From assembly GCA_051047955.1 (NCBI GenBank), contig JBPGPT010000028.1, forward strand, positions 124,001-188,000: a stretch of 64,000 nucleotides of DNA, written 5' to 3'. The position numbers were made by a program, and so were the translations under genes. The DNA comes from Cystobasidiomycetes sp. EMM_F5. Taxonomy: Eukaryota. The notes beneath the pieces were generated by a model. The model ran no database searches and had not been told where the DNA came from. It saw only the letters and a list, made by a program, of their open reading frames with translations. How positions within the stretch are numbered: position 1 is the first letter of the stretch; each line of letters opens with the position of its first letter. Below are positions 49,915 to 63,256 of the stretch, piece by piece.

Positions 49915-52900
49915 ATGGACCTCTGGCAGCCAGCGGACGCGGGAGACTCGCCGTACTCGATGAGCAGCCCGGGGAATAATGCTACAGCGACGGGGACATC
50001 CTCGTCGTCGTCTTCAGCAGCAGCACCGTCCACGGCAGTCGCAGCCCGAGCGAGCGGGAGAAGACACGCAAAGTTCTTTGGAGGATATGGGACGGAGGAG
50101 TCGAGCAACGACGACGACGAGGACGAGGAAGAAGATAACGAGATGCTGTCCCGGTTTGGGATAGCGCAGGGAGGGGAGCGCGAGTCCTCGACAGCGCTCG
50201 GGCTGGACCTGTGGTCAATTGACGAGGTGAAGCCCAGTATTGGCGCACGCAGTGCACTGCCAGGCTCAGACGACGAGGACGAGATTCAAAAGACGATAGA
50301 CCAAGTGCGGCGGTCAATGATGGACTCGTCGGCGACGTCGCAGCACTTTGCTGCCAACGACGACGGAATGGACTTGGAAGACTTTCTCGGGTCTGTGATT
50401 GACAAGCTACGACGTGACGCTGGTCGTGCGGCTGACTTGCAAAGTGTGCTCAGCGCAAACACCCGCCTGCAAGACTCGTCGCTGCCTTCAAACGCCGACG
50501 CTCTCGACACCCAGTCCCTCTTTGGCAGCAACGCCAGATCTCTGCCATCGAGCTCACGGTCACTGCTGACTGACCCACTGACTCGAGATCTGAATCTCGC
50601 TGCACCGCTAAACGATATTCTGTCGCATCGTCCCGGTCCTGGAACTGCGGGAGCCCCAGTTTCGATCGCCCCGCACCAGACGTTCCCTGCGGCAAACATG
50701 TTTACATCGAGCAGCGGAGCTGCGCGCAATGCACCTTCATACTCTCAACCACTGTCACCGTCGGCAGTCATGTCTATTCTGTCTGGGAGTACGCCAGCTG
50801 GACTTGCCGCAGCTGGTCCATTCAATCATACCCACTTGGCTGCCTCCGCCTACCCTGCCGAGTTTCCGCAAATCAAACGAGAACAGCAGGCATTGCATTC
50901 TGCGTCTTTTCTGCAGCCTCACGCATCAACGAGCTCGTCGTCTAGATCATCCTCCCAGTCGGGTCCCTCACTCCCTAACAGCACACAACCTGGCTTAGCG
51001 ACACTCCCTGCTCTGTCCCCGCAGCCCAACGTCGGCTCATTTCCGCCTAGCGCGTATCAGACTCAGTCGAATTATACCTCGCCAGAGAGCGATGCTGACG
51101 GGCCGAACACCGCTTCATTCCAACAACATAGTCGCAGCACGTCTGGCTCGAATTATGACCTTACGGCACCTTCTGGCAAGGCATCCAGTAGTACGAGTAC
51201 GACTCGTGCTCATACTGCAAAGAATTCGCCTCCAGGCAGTGTCAAACACTCGAGATCGACTTCGTCGCTTGAAGGCATGAATCGAATGGTGCCATTGTCC
51301 AGCATGACAGCATACGATCACAGCCGCAGCTCTGACAATATTTCGGCGATAGCATCGCAGGGGCAGCAAGTTCCGCCTCAGGCTGGCCCTTCCGCAGCCC
51401 CCGATAAGCACACGCAACAGGCGTCATGCGAAAGTAGCAGTCTAGTGCGAGCTGTCTATCGCGAACCTGCCGCATCTCCTGAAGCACAAATGGTACTACA
51501 GGAAGGCCAATGCCAGCTCGTCGTGCTCGGGTTGCCCGACGAGGGAGCCAGGTCTCGCGTAGAAACCCAAGTCAAGATTGGCTTGACCCTCCTCCGATCC
51601 CGATTCATTCCAAGTGCTCATCCGGCGGCATCTGCCCCGGCTGCGCACGCACCCCGAGCAATGAGCTTTCGTGATCCTCGTGGTGCACTCACAGCAGAAG
51701 CTGATGCCCACTTTGAAAAGGTCGGTAGCTGGAGGTATCTGTGCTTACCAACTGTATCGAGTGTCAAACGGAACGCGAAAAAGCACCATCGCGCTGACAT
51801 ACCGTCCGAACAAGTTTTATATGCCGATATCAAGGTCGTCTCTGCATCGCATCCGAGCAAGCAGATTTCTGTATGCACAAATTGCCAGCAGAGGGAGTTT
51901 AAGCGATTGCAGCGCAAAACGCAGAACAGAAATAAACCAGCAGACGAGGTGGAAGAGGCGGGGAGGGAAGACGAGATTGGCATGTCAGATGAGGAGCTCG
52001 CGAAACGTAAAATTGTACTCTTCAATTGCGGACAGTACCTCGACTTTAACAATGGCGAAGCTATCATACCAACCCGAATTACCTGTTACTGCAGGCATCA
52101 CAAGGAGAAGTACGGTTTCAAGTGAGGTTCGATTTTCCCCTCATTTTGAGTCCCGTGACTGACGGATTGACCGGAATCGCAGCATCGTGTATACCTTGCG
52201 GGACCATCGGGACCGCTTCGTTGCGACAGCAATGTCCCCTCCCATCTTCCTTACCGACGATCATAAGGCACGACCCACCGTTCCCGATGACATTGGTATG
52301 CAACACATGTCACCATCGCTGGTCAATATCGCCAACGGTCACAATGTTGCCCGAGATTCTCGTGCGAGCAGCGCGTGGACGTCGGCAGCTTCCAGTGCCG
52401 GCAATTCTCAGGCGGGCTCGGAGGTCTCGTCAGCTGCCTCTTCTCGACGTCCTTCACGTGGCAACAGTGTTGAAGCCTTGAACCAAGAGGACACCAAACC
52501 CTCGAATCCCACTAATGCCCTCACTGCATCTGCTCTTCAGCCGCCGCCGACAGCCCGGTCTGCAACAAGGAAGGAACGATCTAGCAAGCCTTATAATCTA
52601 GACTCGCGGCCTCTCAAAGGGAAGCGGGTCCCATCGATGAATAGGCTTAACAGCTTTACAATGACACCACTAAATCTGTCGGCGCCAGGGTCGCCAAGGC
52701 AGGGGGCGCAATCTCCACCCGCTCCAGCATCAGTAGGACTGACAACAGACTACCTATCGCTTACGACCGAACCGCTAGAAGACTACGCCAAGTCGATCAG
52801 CGGCGGCACAACTCTGGCAACTATCCAGGATTATGCCAGTCCCAACTCTTCAGTGTCTGCGCCATCTACGCCTGGTGCTGGCCTCGATGTATATACTTCT

Positions 52901-54975
52901 TCATGGATTGGCGGAATGACAGCGCCAGATGCACAAACGTCCACCGACGAGTCTTCCATAGGGAGTCGGTCAGTTGAACAGAGTCCGGCGTACGCACAAT
53001 TCGCAGCTCTGCCAAATCGCCCTTTCGCTTCGTCGCAGACGCTGCAGATGCCGCCGCAAAGCGTATCACACACGCAATCTCTCGCACAACAGATGGCACA
53101 GCTCGGCATGGATGGGCTGAGTATGCAGTCTTCTACCTTTGCTCCGGCGTTGCCAAGAATGAGCCGCATAATACCCAGCGAAGGTCCGATGCACGGCGGT
53201 ATTGAGGTCACCATTCTCGGCGAGAATTTTGTACCCGGACTCGAAGTTACATTTGGCGAGATGACGGCAGTGAGCACGCAAGCATGGGGCGCTAACACGC
53301 TTGTCTGTGTCTTACCACCGTCACCATGCTCTGGTCCAGTCATGGTGGACATCAAAGGCTCTTACATACCTGCAGGCGCAATCCAGATGCAGCTGTTCAC
53401 CTATGTAGATTCCGGTGACAAACGCCTAATGGAACTCGCCTTACAAGTAGTGGGTACGTTAACATCGTTGCCATCCCCTTTTCTACTTGGCTGACGGCAC
53501 CGGTCCATCAGGCATGAAGATGACCGGACGCATAGACGATGCCCGAGATGTCGCACAGCGGATTATCGGTTCTAGTCCGCAGCACCTAGCTCAGGCCCCG
53601 ACGAGCATGTCGACTCAGCCTAAGCAGATGTCGACTTCTACAACAGGCGTCAATGGAGCGCGGAGCAAGCCTACTAAGGCGTGCGACATGCAAGGGATTG
53701 TGCTGGAGCTACTTGCTATTGCAGAAGTTGACAGAGTCTGCATGGAGAAGCTGAACACTCCATCGTCAAAAGACGGTCAAACAATGGTAAGAAGCGCGCT
53801 CGACCTCCGCTTATTTGGCTAACGATTCATTGCTACAGCTGCACATCGCAAGCCAGTGTGGACTTCATCGTCTGATGAATTGGCTAGTAGACCATCACGT
53901 CGATCTTGATACACAGGATGCCAACGGCAATACAGCATTACACTTGTCTGCGCTTTCCGGTCGCTATACGTCTACTCGATTGCTCGCTAGTGCAGGAGCC
54001 AAGAGCCTGTCTAACAAGTCTGGACTGACGCCTTTAGACGTGGCTATCCTTCACGAGCAAGCAGATATAGTCAGTCTCTTGCACGGATACGCAGAGAAGG
54101 TGGATCTGCCAGAACCGGATGTGATCGCTCCCTCGAAAGCTGCACATTCACGTCGATCACAGTCGCGTTGGCTGCAATGCAACAGTGTCCGCCGGCAGAG
54201 ACATGCAAGAGCATCCGTTGATGACGACACTTCAATGTACGACTCTGAAGACTCCGACCACAGTACACTGAGCTCGGACGACTTGCCGTCAACATCACCC
54301 GACAGTTCGACGTACTCACTTAGTAGAACACATAGCTTCGTGCTATCGTTGCAGGGCGAGAACATAGACGATCTCGAAAGCACGGATGACGGAGATTCGG
54401 TAGCATCACTCGAACAAGAATCCCGATGTTTCGCTGCAAGCGGCCAAAGCCACAAGGACCTTGGCGCCGTCTCTTGGCCACAGAGTTTTGTCAATTTGAC
54501 TAAAGCAACACTCCCGCCGCCGCCAACAAGGTCCCTCTGGTCTGCGAGATGTCTATCAGACTGGTTTCTACATGTGCCTGCGCCAGGAAACGATGAATCG
54601 TCATCATCTTTGCTGCAGAAATTGCGAACACGGAGATTCACTAATCTGACCAGCAGCTCTAACTATGCTAGAGTACAATCCCGTTTCGGTGCGTTTGCTT
54701 GACGGTACAGACCGGATTTTGCTAACGCGAATCGCCAAACAGTCAGAAGCTGGGGTTACTCTTTGGACAATCTAAAAGAGGATGCATTGCGCTCCTATAG
54801 CTACAATGCTCTAAAATCGAGCCGGTTGCGGGAAGATCGAATGCTCTGGATTTTTTGGCTACCTCTGCTACTCCTGGCCGTAATATGGCTTGTAAATCAG
54901 ACTGGCTTCCTCCCGACTTCACTGTTTAGCACGCCTGCAGTACTGCCTTCTCTGCCTTATCTTCGCATTATGTAG
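49915..54975 (+). CDS. SPT23/MGA2-like membrane-tethered transcription factor (IPT/TIG, ankyrin, C-terminal TM)
   Basis: SRVETQVK, RITCYCRHHKEK, SPPIFLTDDHK, RIIPSEGPMHGGIEVTILG, ankyrin repeats (QDANGNTALHL) and DRMLWIFWLPLL. Confidence 0.9.
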
Positions 54976-55124
54976 CGCGTTGATTGTTATATATGCCTGT
55001 AGCGATACACGCATACAAATATGTTGTTGACATTATGCGACGAACCTGAGGAGCTTGGAAACAAAGGAACGTATACGAATGGACTTCCGTCGGTGAGTGA
55101 GCAACTGGTAGCATCCACTCCGTT

Positions 55125-57657
55125 TTACCATTCAGGCATAAATATTGGTAGAGGATGAGCCTAGTTTTGTCAGGGCTTCGGTCAGCTTCTGTCCCCTTAC
55201 AGCAATCCCATGCTGACCTCTGTATTAAAGACGTATCGGTCTAACGGCCAGATGCTGTTGTCCGAAAACAGCAGATATAGATACTTGAGGGTCTCACTCT
55301 GTTAATAAAAGGAACGTCAGTCTTTTGGTCGCCTCACGGCAAATCTTATCTAACCAGGAAGAAGGTCTCCATGCGGTCCTCAAGGCCAGCTTTGGCGGAA
55401 TCAACATCCTTGAGTGTTGCGTAGCCACCAGTCGCAACTTTGCAATGTTTCTCGATGGCTTGGAAGATCCGCCAGCCCCAATCGCTGTTGGTGTAATATG
55501 AGCGCACGAGCACGAGCTATTATGCGATTTCCGTACCGATAGATCGGATCACCCGTCAGTCGCCATGACACAAATATACTTTCGACTGTTTCTGGACGAA
55601 GCATGTACTTGGCATCATGAGGAGGTGGACCACCTTTCGCACGCTTAATAAACCAGGCGCGGCCCGTTCGATCGCCTATCCGTTTTGGAGTGATGTGCTC
55701 GTTAAAATAATGCACAATCTCTGCTCCCAGTCCCGTGTTTGATTGAGTGTAGGTGTCCATACACGTCTTCGTCAAGGCCTGCCCAGCCGTCCAATAAATC
55801 TTCTGCTCCATCGTGATCTCGTCTTCTCTGACTACGGCAGCCGGACGCCCGTTGGTCGTCCCAAGCATCATGAGTCCACCTATGAAGCAGACGAGATGAT
55901 CCTGCTTCGGTATCTGCCGCACACCGCTGCAGCGCAAATGTCAATTAAAGTGTCAGATGTCCGTGTTGTCACATTGTGGAATACTTACACTTTCTTTGTC
56001 AATGGGTCCATTGCGGGGACAAGCTCCTGTGTGTAGACAGTCTTTCCAACATTCGACTTACGCAACAGGTTGCGCTGAATGCCGCCGAGCGCTTCCATGA
56101 ACATTACCGCATATCGCTTTTGCGTCTGACCAGTCTGCAGGTATTGCTTCAACAGATACTCTGGATAGGAATAGTCAGATCTGGCAAAAGGGCAGGTCAT
56201 AATTGTGGTATACCGTAATACGAGTCCGCTCGCGACCCAAGCCGAATGTCAGAAATCTAACGAGACGCTGCATGAGCGCCACTGTGACGGGTCTAAAATA
56301 GATGACTTACTTCGAACAGGCCGTTAGAGGGACTTTGTGCATGTCAGTCGGTCATTTGCTCAGCCCTGGTGAAACCAAGTGCTTACTTGATAAATAGCGG
56401 GACTAGACCGTCTTGTTTATCCGCGCTTTCCATCACATCCATAATACGCTCGACCTTGTCCCAATACTCGCGCTCTCCTGTCAGATGCGCCAGGTATTTG
56501 AATTCTAGCTGTAAGGTTCCGGCCTCCGCGACCGAGGAGAAATTGTAATTCTGTGAGTACACAACAAAAGTCAGCAGGGTATACAGTGCACATGATGATT
56601 TCAGCGGTACGAACATCAGCATCAGCCAGCCCTTTTCGCTGGTGTAGATTGATGAATGACAAAGGTACGCCAGTCGGCTACAGAAGTAGAGTCATAAGTC
56701 TGCAGAGTATGGTCTTCGCGTGATGCGAACAGCATGTGCTCACTGTGTCAAATATCGGCAGCAGCCTATCAGCGAGATCTACCGCCTTATTCAGATATAA
56801 CTTGTCTCCATCGCTGAGATGATATGCGGCCAGAAGTCCGCCCAATACTCTGATTGTTACCTAGAGAGGGCACATGATCTCAGTGCGGACCTACAGACGG
56901 TGGGCTACGCAGGTCATACTTCGAAAGCGTGATGTTTGTCATCCGTATCGAAATCCAGCTCGTCTGCAACCCATTTCCGAGCTCGTGCATACTCTTCCGG
57001 CATGTCAAAGAGCAAGAGACTGTCCAGGCAGTCCACAATGTAGCTGCAACCGGGGCCAACGGGTTCACATCAGCGCGACCGTATCTCGGTGGAGACGAGG
57101 CAAACGCACTATCCTATTGGTTTGCTAGCAAGATTGCTGCCCTTCTGACTTATAGGATGATAGTTATCATAGCCAAAGGCGTCGCGGCCGTAAGCTTGCC
57201 ATGATGTCTAAAGCACCCAGCGCGTCACAGGGGTACCAAATTTCGTCAGCCGCAAAGGACGAGGAAGATGAACCAGAAAGGCCAGCGGACGCACTCTGAA
57301 CGCTTCTCGGACAGCGTTGCGCTTGCTCTCCAGCTCTTGTTCCGTATCGTGCGCTGCAGTTATCGGAGTCGCCTGATCAGCCGCAGCAACATCGGGCAGG
57401 ATTGTCGACGATGGCTTGACCGCATCCTGACTGTCCAGCGACGATATCGCGACGTGTTCGGCGGTGTTTATGCGAAAGATGGCTGCACCCGCTAGAGCGA
57501 AAACGAAAGCTGCTCCTGCAAGATATATCAGAAGTTTTGGGAATTTGGATGAAGTCTTGTTGGCCTTTGAAGCTGGAGTCGCAGTATCGCTTCCTGGTTT
57601 GGGGACATCGCCGTGATCCGCGAGCGCAGCGGTAGTCTTGCGCAGACGCGGCGGCAT
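55125..57657 (-). CDS. MNS1: Class I alpha-1,2-mannosidase (GH47), type II membrane protein
   Basis: N-terminal [80 protein letters not shown] and NTEAHPLP. Confidence 0.93.
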
Positions 57658-57749
57658 CGTATGGTTGGATCGAGCAATGGAAATATCAAAGAAGCTGACA
57701 GCTAACGAAGCTCTTTTCAAGTTTGACAACGGCGCTTTCCACTACTCAT

Positions 57750-60617
57750 CTACCTGTACCCGTTCGCATCGTACTGGTCATAGGCATTCCATCCGCTGAA
57801 TCCACTTCTGACGCTCCCTGCCGTGCTTCCACCAACGCTGCGTTGCAAAGGCGGATACAGCTGTCTCTGCTTTGACCTGGACGAGGCGGAAGTGTTGTCA
57901 TCGCTCTGGGAGCGGATACTAGCGGCCTTGAAGTCTATCTCCTCCGCAGCCAGGGCATCGATATCGGGAGGGACATACGGTCCAGGGGCAGACGGCATCA
58001 GTAACGGCTTGCTGTATCTCTGCTGACCGTACGGCGGCATACTGCCGTTGCTGGCGTCTCTATTACGCTCAAACGCTTGCTGTTGCAGCACGCGTTTGCG
58101 CTCTGCTGCCATTTCAGAGTTTAGCAGAGCGCGAGATGCACGGGCCTCCTGGTTGGCAGTAAAAGTAGTAGGTGCTCTAGCGGAGAAGGTGGTACTTGCG
58201 GCAGGGGAGGGTGGTGCATCGGCATGTTTGACTGCTGGCAATTGACGGGCAGTCGGCGGTCGCGCGGAAAAGGACGTTTCGTTTGATGGCGAGGCAGGTC
58301 TGTACGAGGCTGGATATCTGGATGCCATGCTTCTCTCGTCGGCCTGTCGGTGTGTCGTGGGCATAGGTGGCACTGGCGGGACGTAAGCGTCCGGAAGCCT
58401 TTGTCGAGTGGAAGGGGTTCTCGAGCGAGACGACAGAGCATACATGGAAGGATCTCTACTGAGACTGCGACCCCCTGCCGCTTCAGTCAGCAAGTTGGGA
58501 TCGAGGTAGGAGTTCGGCCTCGTTTCCATTGCAACGGTCGGTATCGAAGACGCTCGACTGTATGCTTCGCTTCCATACGTCATCCTGGATGCTCGGTCGT
58601 TGGGATCATAATCGCGTGATCTATACGTGTCATGGCTAGGAGAAGGTTGAAATGGTGAATGCTGACTCGATGTCAGCGGGCCTGGATGCAAGCGCGCTGC
58701 TTCCTGGGCTGCAGCCAACGCTTGGGCGTGCATTTGAGCGCGTTGCTGCTCGGCGTGAACGTGAGCTTGCTGTTCTGCTTCTCGAACGGCTCGTTCCCTG
58801 TCCATGGCCTGTCGGCGTGCATCGGCAATCGCCTGAGCGCGTTTCTCAACGAGAAGCTGGTTGCTCTTCCTTCTCTTGGCTTCGTCTTCTGCATCTTCTC
58901 TCATCTTCCGGAACCTTGCATCTTCCTCGGCTTCGCGCTTAGCGACTTCTTGTGCAGCTTGCTCCTGCTTGCGAATCTGTTTGGCGTACTCTCGCTCCCG
59001 TTTAAGCTCTTTGCGCTCCTCGCGTCTTGCCTCATCTTCTTCTGCTTGCCGCGCTGCTTCCTCTTCGTCAGCTCTAAGGCGTTCATACTGTTTTCGCGCT
59101 TCCTTTCGAGCAGCTTTCTTGGCTTCGCGCTTCTTGGCTGAAGGATCCTCGATGACAGCTGGTGGAGGTGCTTGAGGCATCTGCTGGCCGAGGAGCGTCG
59201 GTGGTATGGCAGGAGCTGACCATGCTGGCATTATTTGCGGCGGAGGTGCGACTGCAGGCGCCATTATAGGTCGTCCAAACATGTCGTAGCCCACGGTAGT
59301 TGGCATCATCGACGGCGCAGTCATTGCCATCTGAGGCATCATCGGCTGAGACATCGCAGGAGCTAAAGTTTGGGGTGCTGTTGCTGGCGCAGCCTGCGCG
59401 GAAGGGCGGAAGACCGTTGCCCACTGACCAGTAGCTGGATCGAAAACTACTTCGTTAGTGCCATGACCCGACGGTGCAACGGAACTTGCTCCGTGGCTAG
59501 CAGCTATGAGGTTGGGATTGTTCTCGGCATTGGTCTGACCGTAGCCAGCTAATGGTGGTTGTCCATTCGGTGGCACACCGAAAGTCTGCCCGGGAGCTTG
59601 AGATTGATCTCCTGCTATAGCACCTGGAGGCGGGGCGCTTGCCCCTACACCCTCTGTACCATCGTAAGCTTCGCCGAGAGGATCGTCTGGGTTCTTGCCG
59701 TCGTAAGGGTCAGGAGCGTCTGGATCGCCCCCGCCTGGAGGCATTCCACCAGGACCACCGTACATGTCATCGTCGCCCATGCCAGGTGGCCCTCCTGGAT
59801 ATTCGCCCGAATCGCCACTGTACGGATCTGTTCCGGCCAATGATGCTACTCCTGGGATGAACGCGCCGATGATATTTAGGTGTCCTGCTAAGAGCATCAA
59901 GATGGCCGCTGTAATATGAATCTTGCCTGCACTACGAAAAGTGACGACGGTGTCAGTAGGGGAATCATCACGTGGCAGTACTATTGAGCTTGGTACATAC
60001 TTGTAGCTGAGGATTTGTAGTCCAAAGTACGAGATGACAGCGCCGCTGCCGGCTAGACCGAATTTGCCGCAGGGAGCGGTGATGAAGCGGTACAGTGAGC
60101 CTAGGGCATTGCCGGACAGACCGCGCATGGTCTGATGAATCATGAGAACAAGGAGAATGGTCACTGTCGAGGTTGTCAGATCGATTGTGGGTCGTTGAGC
60201 TACGCAATAAAGTACGTACTGCTTAGAAGATGATATAAAATGCCGTGAAAGATGGAGCCCGGTCGCTGATTGAAGTCTGTGCCATACTTGTATGCCTCGC
60301 AAACTTTGTCCGAGACCTTCTCCTTGGCCGCTGATGATTTTCCTGCCCTCTTGAGCAGGATGCTCATCGAGTCGCTTGCGAGTGCACCAGAACTCATTGA
60401 TTTGAGGTCGCTGAAGTGACACAATGAGCGCATCATTAGCTTGCGCTGTTCAAGTCACCCATCGTAACTTTAGCTGTACGGAATGTATGCTACAGGACGG
60501 TGCATTGGAGCGACAAGCTTACCCAATGAGCGTAGTTATCTCTGCAGCCAGACCGATGATGCATGCTGCGACGGTCACGAATGCAAAGCCTTTGGCGACT
60601 GCAAGCCAGATGTTCAT
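57750..60617 (-). CDS. Hypothetical membrane protein with ~4 N-terminal TM segments, Gly/Pro/Asp-rich region, charged coiled coil and disordered tail
   Basis: MNIWLAVAKGFAFVTVAACIIGLAAEI spliced by eye through ORF 60200..60436 into the 890-codon ORF. Confidence 0.6.
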
Positions 60618-61292
60618 GCATGTGGATGGAGTCTAGGGAGTGTTGGTGGTTGCCTGTTGTGATACAGGATCGGGTGCTGTATGTGGGTCCTGTCAAGGTG
60701 CGCTGAGCCAGTGAAGGTAATGAAGCCCGCTTCGAGCGAGACCGACGTCTAGTCGTGAGAAGGTGAAATGAGCTGTGTAAGTGTAGGATGGCGCGTAGTT
60801 GGCGAGTCTGCAAGCGCGGTGGCCCAGTATCGACTCCCACTTTGCCATCAGCACAGCCAGGCGCGGTGTCGGTAGTCTCCCTTTGAGCAGTCGACGTCAC
60901 CGAGAGACTCTCAGTGAGTAGCTAGTGCTACAGACGTTAGTAGAATATCCTGGACGTTAGCAAAATGCCTAAACAGCCATCCGTCTCCGCATTCAGCCAA
61001 CTTGGGCAATATGTGTCCGTTTCGAACGCGGATTGGACGAGCAGCATCAGCTTTGTACACCTGTTCAGTATGTCCATCCCATTGCACGCTATCAGTATGT
61101 TTGCAAATGTTAGTCTGTTAGCCATGTCGTCATTGTCCAACAGGCAGTCGATCGCCTCTCTAGCATGAAACCTGAAAAGCGCAGTCTTGGAACAGGGTTT
61201 GCTGCAGCCAATTCAGCGGACAATATACGCAGAATATATCAACGAACTGAGCATTCTACATTCCTCCAATAACTACTTCTACACTTTCAACA

Positions 61293-62951
61293 ATGACCTC
61301 CCAGGCTGAACATGCCGCGTCCACCGCGACAAACCAGACAAAGTGAGCGAGAAACTGCGTGGATTGGGGGTTTCCAGCTGATATGTGTCATTTCGCAGCC
61401 CATTCCTAACTCAGAATGACCCTAACAGCACCTACACCAGTGCCATCCCTCTGTCCGCCGGCGCAGGATCCACTGCACCCGGCGTTGTCGGTGGACACCC
61501 GCAGACTACCGGCATCTCCCAAGCGTACAGCACCTCTGGTCTGACATCTTCGAGCACCCCTGCATCTACAAACCCCTTCTCGAGCACTTCCACCACCTCC
61601 ACAACCAATGCTACATCGGCCACGTCACCACGACTGGCAGGCAACCTCGCCCCTTCCGAGTCGACCATTGCACCCGAGAAGGTGCCAGAGGGTACTTCGC
61701 ACGTCACAAACATCCTCACCGGTCTCGCTGGCGCAGTTCTCTCTGCCCCAGCCGCTGCACTCGAAGCCTTGTCTCCTACAGCCGCTCAACGGACAGGCGA
61801 CGCCGCTGAGGTCATTGCACAAAAGATGCCGGCAGTATCCCTTCAAGACGTCTCTGCTACAGCACAAAACGTCGCCGCTCAAGCATACGCTCGCGTACCG
61901 GAAGGTACCGCCGACACTGTCAAGAGCTATGTCGGCGTAGCGGTAGGCAAGGCACAGGAAGTTCTCCCACCTGCTCTTGGCGGGTCTGCAACTACAGGCA
62001 ACACTGGCACAGGCGAGCTTGCAAAGTCCCCCACTCAGCTGGCGTCAGAGTGTAAGCTATATTCTATGTTCCGCAGCATACGCTGACATTGTTTCACGCA
62101 ACCAGACGGCAATGCCGCTTCTCAGACTGCCACTAATGCCGCCAACACTGTGACTGCCGCACTCGCCAACGCGGCCAGTACGACTCAAGCGTACGTGAAC
62201 CAAGCTCTGGGTCGTGCCTCTCAGACTGCATCGGATGCCGCTGTAGCGACACAACAAGCAGCGTCCGATGCCGCAGTTGCGACTAAGCAGGCAGCTTCAA
62301 ATGCTGCTACCACGGTCCAGCAGACTGCATCCAACGCCGCCGCTACTACACAACAAGCCGCTTCCAACGCTGCTACCACAATCCAACAAACTACCTCCGA
62401 TGCTGCGGCCACTACCCAACAAAAGGCTTCTCAAGCTGCCTCGATTGCACAGCAGACCGCCTCGGATGCCTCTATCACTGCTCAAAAGAAAGCTTCAGAT
62501 GCTGCTGATTATACGGCAGCTTCTGCTCAGTCTGCACGAGATACCGCGCAAGATTATGCTTCGAGCGCGAGCCAGACTGCTCAGCAGTACTCCCAATCTG
62601 CTCGACAGACCACAGGAGACTATGCTGGGTCTGCTCAGCGTGAGGTCGATGATTGTATGTCATATATATATAAACCATTGACTCAACAATGCGCTGACCC
62701 TGCACTTGCCCATAGTGTCTTACCGTGCATCCCCTAATACCGGCTCATCGCACTACGGCACCGCTACCAACATCACCCACTCGACCTACCCCACTACCAC
62801 CGCACCTGGATCTACCTACACCTCTGGTGCTTCCGGCACCGGTGCCGATCCAGCTCTGTACGCCACGACTGCTACCCAAACGTCCACTGGCGCAAAGGGC
62901 ACGTACGAATTATCGCAGAACGATCTTGCTCAGCCAAAGACTACCCTCTAA
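61293..62951 (+). CDS. Ala/Thr/Gln/Ser-rich protein with 11-residue repeats (LEA group 3/perilipin-like)
   Basis: Four exons joined by GT-AG introns, with about 13 tandem 11-mers such as TQQAASDAAVA. Confidence 0.65.
62216..62645 (+). repeat. Degenerate 33-bp coding tandem repeat
   Basis: ASQTASDAAVA/TQQAASDAAVA/TKQAASNAATT/VQQTASNAAAT/TQQAASNAATT and further units. Confidence 0.8.
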
Positions 62952-63256
62952 GCCAATTATTAAAGAACCCTGAAAGCAATATGATCGCAAGCAATTTACA
63001 TGCCATGAAACACGATTCGAATGAATGATATCTCTGACGTGGGAAGTAGTGCTTCGTTCTCTGTTAGTCGTGCCGTCATTTGACGAGAATGAAGTCAGAA
63101 AACGTTGGCTTAGGTAGACGTTGGAGTAATGATGATATGCCAAAACAATGCCACACTATCATGAGTGAATTGCTACTGCGTGCACACTGGTGATCTCTGC
63201 TCTGCTTGACTTCGTAATCTACTGAAGCAATTACTGCTTACCAAACGGACATCAAT

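Noticed and set aside
35493..57657. ALG9 and MNS1 as a glycosylation cluster
   Set aside because: They are about 17 kb apart with unrelated genes between them.
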